A DNA stretch of 64,000 bases from a virus. Positions 20,417 to 30,222 of this stretch are shown in pieces. Position 1 is the first letter of the stretch; every line of letters starts with the position of its first letter. The notes beneath the pieces were generated by a model. That model had not been told where the DNA came from and did not search any database. It was given only the letters and a program-made list of their open reading frames with translations. The stretch is from IMG/VR virus record IMGVR_UViG_3300044646_002092, positions 1 to 64,000 of that record; one strand, given 5' to 3'. The translations under genes were made by a program, and so were the position numbers.

Positions 20417-21064
20417 ATGTTGGCAAAAATAACAGAAATAGAGATGGTACGTCATCTTAAGCCCCCAGTAGACAACATAGCGATTTGCGAATATGTTGTC
20501 AACTTACCAGAAGAGCAACAACTAAAATCAGCATTGTTCATCATTGGAGAATTATCTTCGAGATACAACAACCTCAGCCACACAAGTATAGAGACAGCCC
20601 AAGTATTGCAACTAGACGGTTTGGCTAATTACCTACAAGATAATCCTGAGTATCTGGACGGGTTTGCAATTGACCCAGAAAGCCGAAGAGTCAAGTATTG
20701 CGGTCAAGAAGTTAATGAGGATGTGTACGGTCTTGATATTAGCCCTATAGACATCTTAAGCAAACGTCTTAGTGAAAATTTCAATCATCGCTATACATTT
20801 CACTACAAATTTCTCTTGACTGCGGTTAAAAAAGCGCTTAAAATAACTAGCAATCTAGCTGCTTTCGAGGATATAGAGTATGTGAAAAAAGTGGTGCTGA
20901 GTTTGGTAGAAGGTTCTCGAAAATCTCAAGTAACTATACCTGAAATATATAAAGGGACTGAAGGTATTTCCAAAAAACAGATTGCAAACGCCTTAGACAA
21001 ACTGGGTTGGACTAAAAAAACCTACGCCAGTGGGAATGTAGTTTACCTTAAACCGAAAAAATAG
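20417..21064 (+). CDS. Putative DNA-binding protein with C-terminal winged helix; paralog of 5581..6300
   Basis: QIANALDKLGWTKK resembles the C-terminal wHTH of VapE/VirE-type proteins and aligns with the 5581..6300 product. Confidence 0.6.
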   Translation: MLAKITEIEMVRHLKPPVDNIAICEYVVNLPEEQQLKSALFIIGELSSRYNNLSHTSIETAQVLQLDGLANYLQDNPEYLDGFAIDPESRRVKYCGQEVNEDVYGLDISPIDILSKRLSENFNHRYTFHYKFLLTAVKKALKITSNLAAFEDIEYVKKVVLSLVEGSRKSQVTIPEIYKGTEGISKKQIANALDKLGWTKKTYASGNVVYLKPKK

Positions 21065-21065
21065 C

Positions 21066-24000
21066 ATGGCAACACAAACCAATCGCATCAATTCTTCTTC
21101 TGCACATATCACCGCAGACAGCCTAGATTGGCTCCGCAAGACACATGAAGACAACATCACATGGATTCCTATGTTCGCAAACTATTACTTCGCCTACAGA
21201 GCCATAGAGCAGCAATGGTGGTACGTTGACGAGGAGAAGAAATTCAAAGTAGATGCAGCACCAGATATTGAATCAATTTATCAAGGAATGGTAAAGCCAT
21301 GAGTCAACCCCAGTATCGCCTCATATCTCGCGGTCAATCCTTTACTGGTCAAGAAGTAATCGAGCTTCACGTTTATAATCCTTCGAGAGGCATATGGACG
21401 AAGATGCCGATGAAAGTTACTATTGTTCCACAGTGTTGTTTGACATTAGCAGAAATCGAGGCACAAAATGCGACCTACCAACTACAACCAGCTTGAGTTT
21501 TGTCAAGTCGAACAAGTACCAATCTTTCCCCCCAAGAAAATTCACATCATCCGTTCCGAGCAACAAGGTGCATTCAAGGTTGTACTTAGCTCCAGAGATG
21601 CAGCTAAAATCGTCTCTGAGCTTCAGAAGGGCAATCCACATAAACTGACTTGCTACATGAGCTTCGGAGGTACTAGTGATACCAAATGGACTATTCTCGA
21701 TGACTGCAAGCAATACTCTCTGCATGGTGATTGGCTTGGAGATAACGAGGCTGTTCGGGAGTATCTAAATTCACAACTGAACATTTTGGTGGACTAATAT
21801 GAAAATTATATCTGAAAATCAATTTTCCAAAAACTTCATAGAATTTGAAGATGGTGCTAAATATCTTCGGATTGAGGTATCTAGATTCAAAATTTCATGG
21901 GAATCGGCACAGTCGGGGCATACTTTTTTATTAAAAGAAGGTCGTTGGTGGGAATGGGTTGAGGCGGAACAAAGTTTTCAATTGATGACTAAGAATATTC
22001 CGACATTAGAAGAGGACTATCAACAACATCTTTTGGCAAAGTATCCGTTTGAAAAGCGTGTGCGCGAGATTGCAGAAAAGAATGTTGATGTTGGGACTGT
22101 GATGTTTGATTTAGCACGAGATTTTAATTTCGTAGAAGCAGTTAAAGAATATTTGAAGAAACTACCGAGGTAACATGATTACTACGCATCAAGAGTTCTG
22201 GGAGTTAGCAGAAGAAAACAATTTAAGTATTTTAACTGTAAGTCAGATGACGAATGCTCCTATTAAAGTTTTACTAGAGTGGCTTGACAACCAGACTACC
22301 CCCGAATCTGCCCTAAACGATTTAAAGAAATATTTAAAATGAAACTCCTGCCCCTCTCAGACCTGCATCTAGAGTTTTCGGCGCTACACATCCCTAACAC
22401 CGACAAAGCTGATGTCGCTTTACTGCTTGGCGACATCCACACAAGTATTAGCGGAGTTCAGTGGGCTGCTAATACCATCGAGTCGAAGCATATTATCTAT
22501 GTCTAAAGATAATATTCCTTTTGAGTTATCGACAGCCGACGGTAAAAAGATTATCATTGAGTACAATTCAGAGACAAAGCAGCTAGTTGTAAAGGCTGGC
22601 GCTAACACATCGAAATCAACATTGGTGAATTAACATGGCAATAAACAGGCAACAAGCACAGTCTTTAGTAGACCTTTCTATTAGACTATTTCCAGTGAAT
22701 CTTGACAAGTACATTTTTGTAAACAATATTCCATTTAAAACAAACCATGAAATCAATACTTCCCCAACTCCTAGCGGAAATTAATTCTTTATCCTACAAT
22801 GCAATCATCACCCTAAAAACTTATGTTGGTAAAAATATCAGCACGATTAAATTACAACTAAGTGCTTCCCAGACTGACGGAGCTACAGGTTTTGACTGCC
22901 CAGAGTTTTTCATACACTTTAAACCAGACAGTAGTTATATTGATAAATACTTGCAAATTTTTGAAAAGGCTTCAGAGCGTGAAGTGCATAATATTTCTGG
23001 AAAGTTCTACCCAAGCGGTGTAGAATTTTCACTCAACATGAATCTAGAGGATTTTTCCTAATATGAAAGCACATTTGCTACAAGTTTTAGTAATTGACCA
23101 CGACCACCTTGGGGCTGATGAAGTCGAGCGTGTCCTTGAAGATACAAAGTACCCAAACGATTGCATCATTCCTAACGTAATCAAGTCCCAGAGTGTAGAT
23201 ATTGGTGAATGGGATGACGATAACCCATTGAACCACAGTGACACTCAAGCTGCGGAAATTGACCGATTGTTTAAAGAAACTCTTAGACCGATGGAAGATG
23301 CTCCAATAGATACTTGTCAATATATTTTACTGTTTGCCGAGTCTGGTTATATCGGCACTCCTTGGCGAGTTGAGGTTTGTCGTTTTTATCATAACTATGG
23401 TTGGCTTAATCATGCTGGCGACCGTTTTACTGATAGCGGTGGTGAACCTGTTGGTTGGCTACCTCTACCTTCCGCTAGATGATGCCTTAAGTAAAATCAC
23501 TTATTATCTAAAAATAACTACCCACCGTACACTTATATGCTTAGCGGTTTAATTAATTGGTTGTTTCGACGCAACAGTGTTTCTCGATATTTACATAGAA
23601 TAGAGAAACTGATTGCAGAAAAAAAGTATTGCGAAGCAGATGCTTGTGCATTTCTTGCTCTTCAAAATTTTCCTAACCACCCCGAACTTCTTGCTCTCAA
23701 AATCGAGGCGGAAAAAGGGTTCTCTTCATACCTCTACTCACAGGAGTTTTAGTTAGCATGACACAGTTTGAAATTTGGTATGCAATTGAAAAAGACGGGC
23801 AATATTTTGGATTTACGAAAAATCTAAAAGAGGCTGTTGCAAATGGATTTTTGTCTTCTGTTGTAGAGTTGGCAGTTTTTATCGCCTCAAAGACCGATAA
23901 AATGCCTTTCCCTTATTTAGGTATGGTAGAAGGGGATAGGGTAGTTTCAATAGTTCATCACAAAGTTGCTGAACATCTGTATGACGACACCACTAAATTA

Positions 24001-24821
24001 AGCTTCCTCATCGTACAACCTATTATTCGTTGTGAAAAATGTCGTATTATGTACGTTGACAATGTGTTCTACTGGGACTATGTTTCAGAGACAAGAGGCA
24101 GACAGGCTGCAACCCCTGAGCAAGTGTTGGCGAAAGTTTGCATTCCGACCGCAAGACATGGAGATAGGCAGCACATCTCTTGTCTTGCCAAGCAATTATA
24201 CGAATCTGACTTGGGCTTACTGCAAAAGTCTCCCGCAGAGTTACAGGATTTTGTTCGAGCTAACAACAATCAGGTCGAAATGGATTTGCCTGATGAAGAG
24301 TACTATTTAGATATGGCTAGGGAGATTCTCGATGAGCAAAACTAACTTCAAATTCAAAGTCGGTCAGCTTGTCCGATTTGGTGCTACAAACCAAGACTGG
24401 GAAGTTTTTTCCCGCCATTTCCCTGAACACGCAGAAGAGCCTCAATATTATTTGCAGAGTCAGACTACGCCTAGTTATCAGCAATGGGTTTTAGAAAGCG
24501 ATTTACGTGAGGTTAGCGATGTTTAAAATTGATGAACGTGTGTATTTTCTGAAAGACAACCGCATACAAAGCGGTCTTGTTCTAGGTTGGCAGCAGAGTG
24601 TAGTAAAAACAAAAGATACCCAAATCACCTACTTAATCGGTGAAGAAATTGGTGGGAATATTCCCGCTAGTGGGTATTTTCGCCATTCAGATAATCTAGA
24701 CTATATTTTTATGCCTTCACACTTGGTTTTCGCGCATATTCATGATTTAACTCGGTTTTATACAGATAACTACAACCAAAGCAAAGGTATACAAAAACTA
24801 ATCCACATGATTAATACTTGA
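21066..24821 (+). other. Hypothetical CDSs 21066..21302, 21299..21496, 21468..21797, 21799..22173, 22747..23061, 23063..23482, 23537..23752, 23758..24345, 24332..24526 and ~24519..24821 (the last two SH3/KOW-like)
   Basis: Packed co-oriented ORFs. FKVGQLVRF and FKIDERVYF starts suggest SH3-like barrels. Confidence 0.65.
22339..22506 (+). pseudogene. Truncated calcineurin-like metallophosphoesterase
   Basis: MKLLPLSDLHLEF...LLGDIH...KHIIYV* stops just before the expected GNH motif. Confidence 0.65.
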
Positions 24822-25305
24822 TTTGGTCTTTTTTACTAATTGGTTTAGCTTTACCATTTTCGCGCTTGTCGTTGGCAAACCCGTCCCTCGAAGCTGATGA
24901 TTTACTCTCATCCATCACTGGCTTACCCTTATTCTCTTTTCTGACCTTATCCACGAAGTCTTGAGTCTTGTCAGTCCCTGCGCCAGCTACGGCTCTAGGC
25001 TTGCGAGGCTCAACATACTTCAATGTAGTGTCCTTAGCAGTTTTCTCTCTTTCTGCTGCTTTGTTAGCCTCATTTTTGTCCTTTAGAGCTTTGTTGGCAC
25101 GACCTTTGGCTTCAGATGCACCTTTACCTAAATCAGTGTAGCTAGCATTTTTCTTAGGGTCTTTCCACGCTGCTTTGCTTGCGATATCTTTCACAGCTCC
25201 TACAGTTGTTTTGATATCTGCCTTAGCGCGAGTTAGTAGGCGGTCAAGATTGCCAATAGCGAAGTCTGCTTCGAGTGGCGAGTTCATATGTTTGAAGTCT
25301 GTCAT
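24811..25305 (-). CDS. Lys/Ala-rich protein on the late strand inserted in the early block
   Basis: 164 aa. Has its own extended -10 TGaTACAAT (25337-25345) and N-terminal TDF/ADF motifs like the other minus-strand proteins. Confidence 0.7.
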   Translation of the reverse strand: MTDFKHMNSPLEADFAIGNLDRLLTRAKADIKTTVGAVKDIASKAAWKDPKKNASYTDLGKGASEAKGRANKALKDKNEANKAAEREKTAKDTTLKYVEPRKPRAVAGAGTDKTQDFVDKVRKENKGKPVMDESKSSASRDGFANDKRENGKAKPISKKDQIKY

Positions 25306-25312
25306 TTGATAG

Positions 25313-27301
25313 ATGTTGTTTTATTATTTTTATACTATTGTATCAGGACGTTGGCAAGAGGTATTTATGGAAGAGTTATTTAGAAATCTACAAGACCGCA
25401 TCTATGAAGAGCCAATTAATCGACAAACAACTTTAGAAGCATTTTACGATTTGCGTAATGCTTATGATAAATTACCCACTAATCCCACTTTTAAGTTTGC
25501 CGTTGGGCAAGAATTTTGGTTACTCAAGAACAATAAAGTTCAAAAGGGAAAAGTACGTGTTCGCCAGATTACTGAAAGTAGTGAAAAACTTGATTCAGAA
25601 AAAGATTATTTTCGTAGAAATACTCCAGAAAAGCTATTAATTCTTTATTCTCCTCATCAATTTAATGATGTGGATGGAAATTGGCAACTTGAAGAGTCTC
25701 AATTATTTGCAAGTAAGCAAGAGCTTTTGGAGTCATTGTAATGTTAGTTGTAGGTCATCTTAAACAACGTCATCTCGAATCGGATATTCGTTGTGACCGC
25801 GCATCTGTGCTGGGCAATCCCTTCGAGTTAATTAATGAAGAGAGCCGTCCTGCGGTATTAGCTGCACATAAAGCTTATTTAAAACTTGTCATCAAGCACA
25901 AAAATTCTGGTTTTGGACATCTAGTTGTTGAACCTTCTCAAGTTGGGGTTATAGATATTCCGACATCAGAAAAATGGAAGCGACCTACTGTAGATGAGAT
26001 TATTTCTGCACTTGAAAACCTTGTGCCTAAATACAAATCTGAAAGAGTCTACAGGCTCATGTGTTGGTGCAGAAGAGATGACGCAGAGAACAATTTACCT
26101 GCTTGTCATTGTGATTCGGTAATTGCTTGTATTAAAAAGTGGAGTGACAAATGAAAAATAATAATTATCGTCGTCTTCGCACTTCCATGTATGCTATGTG
26201 TCAACATCAGCGACCCAAAGGAAAACGTGGCGCTCACAAATTGAAACGATTAGCTTGGCGCGAAGAAATTGCTATGTTAGTTGAAGAGAATCGGCTTGAA
26301 AAAATTAATAGCATCGAAGACTTAGTACTTGCGCTGGTAAAAGCTGGATACAAGGTAAGCAAAGGTAAGAAGGATTTCCACTATCGGTTCGAGAACGACA
26401 TTATTTTTGGATTGTTTGGTGGTGAGGGAGATTATCCGATGTCCCCTTATACAGAAAACAAGATTTGTGCAGCAATCCGTTGCACATTTGATAAATGGAG
26501 TACAGCCGAACTTCTCGACTTAGAGTTTTTAAGTAAAGACCCTGATGTTGTGTTGATGGCATTGAAAGAACTTGAACACAGTAATTGGGTGAATCCATGA
26601 TTAATTTACGAGAAGTATTTGAAAAATATTCTTCTGAGTCACATACATTCCCACGAATCAGAAACCCTCTGCATCCAAAAAGACCTGATATTGCAGCTTT
26701 TTTACTTTTGGACAAGTTAGTACCTAACGATGGCTATAACATTATTGGAGGTGCTGGTCATGATGTAGTTTGGTTAGACACTAATATAGAATTACTTGCA
26801 GAAGTTGCTACAGAAGAAGATATTTTGTATTTAATTCGTTGTGGTGTACGCTTGGGAGATGATACTTTGGAGATGTTTACCTAATGGAAGATGAAATTGA
26901 CCAACCTCGGCTAACAAATCGTGAGCGTTCGCGCAAGCCTCATAAAACGTTGGGTTGGTGCAGTACTTGTGATAGGGATATGGTAAGTGCTGGTAGTAGA
27001 TGCCCTACTTGTGGTAAACGCGAGTCTGGAAACGAAGCTAGAAAAAGAGATGTGAGGATATATGAGTAAATGGTAACTTACATTGATTCAAAATGGCAAG
27101 AAACTTCGTAAATTTGGTGGTACTAAGAGTGATGTAAAGTGGGAGACTGAGCGCATGACTCATTGGTTAGAGCATTATGACCTCCATAAACAACTACCTT
27201 ACGCATTAATTAAAGATGTACCTTGTCAATTTGTCGTCTCGAAGTACAACAATCCCCGCACTAAAAAGAAAATTATCATGGAAGTTCGCAATTTTGAATA
27301 G
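25313..27301 (+). other. Hypothetical CDSs ~25367..25741 (SH3-like), 26151..26600, ~26597..26884, 26884..27069 (Zn ribbon CSTC/CPTC), 27083..27301
   Basis: Packed co-oriented ORFs. Confidence 0.6.
25741..26154 (+). CDS. DUF4326-family protein
   Basis: DRASVLGNPF...LMCWC...ACHCDSVI signature. Confidence 0.7.
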   Translation: MLVVGHLKQRHLESDIRCDRASVLGNPFELINEESRPAVLAAHKAYLKLVIKHKNSGFGHLVVEPSQVGVIDIPTSEKWKRPTVDEIISALENLVPKYKSERVYRLMCWCRRDDAENNLPACHCDSVIACIKKWSDK

Positions 27302-27791
27302 CAATGAACGTTCAAAGACCTTCGCAAAAGGCAATTTCGGTGAAAAAATCGTCAAAGAGTTCTTCATCAGCAAGAACTACGAAGTAATTCCAGCTACACT
27401 TGACCAACAAATCAATGAAAGCTGGGATTTTCGTGTGATTGGCAAAAAAGACTTGCTAATTGAGGTAAAAACCGACTACATGGCAGCTAAAACGGGAAAT
27501 ATTTTCCTTGAAACTGAAGTTGGCGATGGTCTAGGCTTTATTCGCAAGATAAAACCTGACTCAAAAATTATTTTTGCCTTTGTTTTGCCTCAATCTCAAG
27601 AAATTGGGTTTATCGATGCTCAGATGTTGCTGCATATTGAACTAGAAAAGCTACATTTCAAGAAATTTACCCATGTAAGTAACAATTACACTGCTGGAGG
27701 CTATTTATTACCAAGGGCAAATTTCTTTTCTGCCTGTTTTAAGGTATATTATTGGGATAAGTCGGAAAACGGATACACATTTTATACTTAA
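27216..27791 (+). CDS. PD-(D/E)XK endonuclease; possible frameshift near the 5' end
   Basis: GEKIVKEF...WDF...IEVKTD...TGNIFLE. The natural-looking ATG at 27304 is out of frame by one base. Confidence 0.65.
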   Translation: MYLVNLSSRSTTIPALKRKLSWKFAILNSNERSKTFAKGNFGEKIVKEFFISKNYEVIPATLDQQINESWDFRVIGKKDLLIEVKTDYMAAKTGNIFLETEVGDGLGFIRKIKPDSKIIFAFVLPQSQEIGFIDAQMLLHIELEKLHFKKFTHVSNNYTAGGYLLPRANFFSACFKVYYWDKSENGYTFYT

Positions 27792-27821
27792 CAGGTGTTT
27801 TTAGTTATTTAGGCGATACTG

Positions 27822-28000
27822 GTCAATACTTCTTTTGAGGTTGAAAGACAATTATCTTTCTTAAATTGATTAGGTCATTGAGATTCTACTTGGCACAAAC
27901 GTACAGATGCTTCTCCAGTCTGTACCTCTTTAAATCTGAGTTGTCAGATGTTGTGTAATGGCAAGACATCTTAGTAGAATTGACCGAGGAGACTTACAAC
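27822..28000 (+). ncRNA. omegaRNA scaffold of IsrB element 1
   Basis: Starts GTCAAT pairing with ATTGAT. Blocks CATTGAGA, ATGCTTCTCCAGT, CAAGACATCTTA and TTGACCGAGGAGACTT are shared with 60348-60545. Confidence 0.75.
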
Positions 28001-28025
28001 TAGCAATAGGATTATATCCAACTAA

Positions 28026-29117
28026 ATGATTAGAGTTCCAGTATTAGACATCGACGGTAATCCGACTATGCCAACTAAAGCCTCAAGAGCTAGACGTTGG
28101 CTACGCGACGGTAAAGCCAAAGTAGTCCACAATGACCTTGGAGTATTCCAAATTCAACTTCTCCAAGAAGCTTCTGGAAATGTTCAACAAGATATTGTTG
28201 TCGGGATTGACCAAGGTAAGCTGTATACGGGGATGGCTATACAGAGTAGTAAAAGTACTTTGTTGATGCTGCATCTTGAGTTACCCCTTCCAGTAGTAGG
28301 TTTTCGTATGAAACAACGTGCAATGCTTCGTAAAACTAGAAGAAGTAGGAGAATAAACAAACGACTAAAATTCAAGTTACGAAATCATAGGCAAAAAAGG
28401 TTCAACAATCCAGCTAGAAAAGAGGGGGTTATTCCCCCATCTATAAACTCTAATAAACAGTTTGAGAGGAGGGTAGTAATTGAATTAAGTAAATTATTTC
28501 CTCTTAGTCATTGTGTTTTTGAATTAGTTAAAGCTAAAGGTAGTAAAAGTTTCAGTCATGTAATGATAGGTCAACGCCAACAAGAAAAATGGTTAAACTC
28601 TATTTTACCAACTATAACTATAGAAGGATGGAAGACCTCTATACTTCGAGATAAATTAGGCTTAGTTAAAAACAAAGCTAACAAATCTATTCAAGAACCT
28701 GCTACTCATGCGATTGACGGTGTAGCCCTTGCTTGTCATCACTTTATTAAGTATGTTGAAGACAAAGTTAATCAGTGTGCTGATTGGTTTGGTGAGGTCA
28801 AAGTTACTAAATCTCAATTTGTTATTGCACGACGACCTAGTTATTCGCGCAGACAGTTATATCAGCTTAACCCTAAAAAACGTGGTAAATATAAGTTGCA
28901 CGGAGGGTCAAGTACACTCAATAATTTCAGAAAGGGTGACATAGTTCTATATACATCCCAAACTAAAACAATTTTGGGATATTGTTCAGGGGCAACATTA
29001 AAAAATAGACTTATATCTATTTCTGATGTAAATTGGCGTGTTATTGGTAAATTTGCTGTCACTAGATGTAAGTTAATATCTCGGTCTTGCGGAATATTGA
29101 TAAAAGTAACTAACTGA
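28026..29117 (+). mobile_element. isrB: IsrB (RRXRR/PLMP + split RuvC, no HNH), IS200/IS605 OMEGA element 1
   Basis: NPTMPT (PLMP), GIDQG (RuvC-I), Arg-rich bridge helix RKTRRSRR, FELV (RuvC-II), THAIDG (RuvC-III); 363 aa. Confidence 0.8.
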
Positions 29118-29170
29118 TAGATACTTATGGGAAGAAGAAGGAAAAAACAGAACATTTTGGAAGGACTAAG

Positions 29171-30214
29171 ATGACTATTGAAATTCCAGACAATTATTAC
29201 TCTTTGAAAGCCAAGATAGATTATCTTCGCGAACGGAAACCTGTAATCGATTTCCCAAAGAAAGTTGCAGTCCCGCACAAACCTATTGATTTCAGTAACC
29301 ATCTTACAGTGGCTGATGCAAGAAAATATGCAGCCTCTCTGCTAGACTATGCAGAAAAAAGAGAAGTCTATGAAAAAGAATATGAAGTTGCTAAAGCGGC
29401 AAACGAAGCTGCACGACCCAAAGCAGCAGCTATAGAAGCGCAGATTGAAGAACTCATTCAAGAAGATGTTGGCTTAACCAAACTCGGATTGTCAGAAAAG
29501 AAGGTTGCAAAGCTCTGGCAAAAAGCTTGGGACGATGCTAACAGCGAAGATGAAGCTATCAGTAATTTGCGCGAACTTGTAGAACTTTTCGAGGATTAAT
29601 ATGACAATTGAATTTCGCAATACTGGTGTCATTTGCATGGTGCATACAGCCAAAGAAGATGAACTTCATTCCATTGATTTAGGAAATTATTTTGTCAAGT
29701 CTGATACGCAAGAGCAAGTACTGATTACCAGTGAGAGCCTTGCCAATCAATATGGACATCTGGTTAAAGTACCAATTTATACTATGAAAGACAAAAATGA
29801 GTACCACCTCCCAATCTGAACCAAAATTTCCACCTGACATCTCTTTTGGTAAATTTGACCAAATCATAGCATTTGAGGCTTATATCATCGATGGTGACAC
29901 TATTCGAGATATGTTGAGTGCGATGGACTGCAAAACCGCATCACAAGCCTACCGACGCGCTAAGCTACTTGAAGTTTTAGAAGGAGATACCAATGAACTT
30001 CGCTAATTTTGCATTGGGTGTGAGAGATATTGTATCAGAGATGACACTATCTGAAGCCGCTAGCTTAGAAGTTGAATTTAGACTGTTTGACCAACTATTA
30101 CCTATTGGCGAGATTCGTGTTGACAGAATCAATAGTAAGGTGTATATCAATGCCTATCCAAGCAAATTAAATACCTCTCCAGATAGACGTACAGAAAAAG
30201 AAGTTGAGTTATAG
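29171..30214 (+). other. Hypothetical CDSs 29171..29599, 29601..29819, 29797..30006, 29993..30214
   Basis: Packed co-oriented ORFs. Confidence 0.65.
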
Positions 30215-30222
30215 TAATAAAT

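Noticed and set aside
28026-29117. IscB or TnpB assignment for the RRXRR proteins
   Set aside because: Only ~60 aa separate RuvC-II from RuvC-III with no HNH motif (not IscB), and the N-terminal PLMP with an upstream RNA excludes TnpB.
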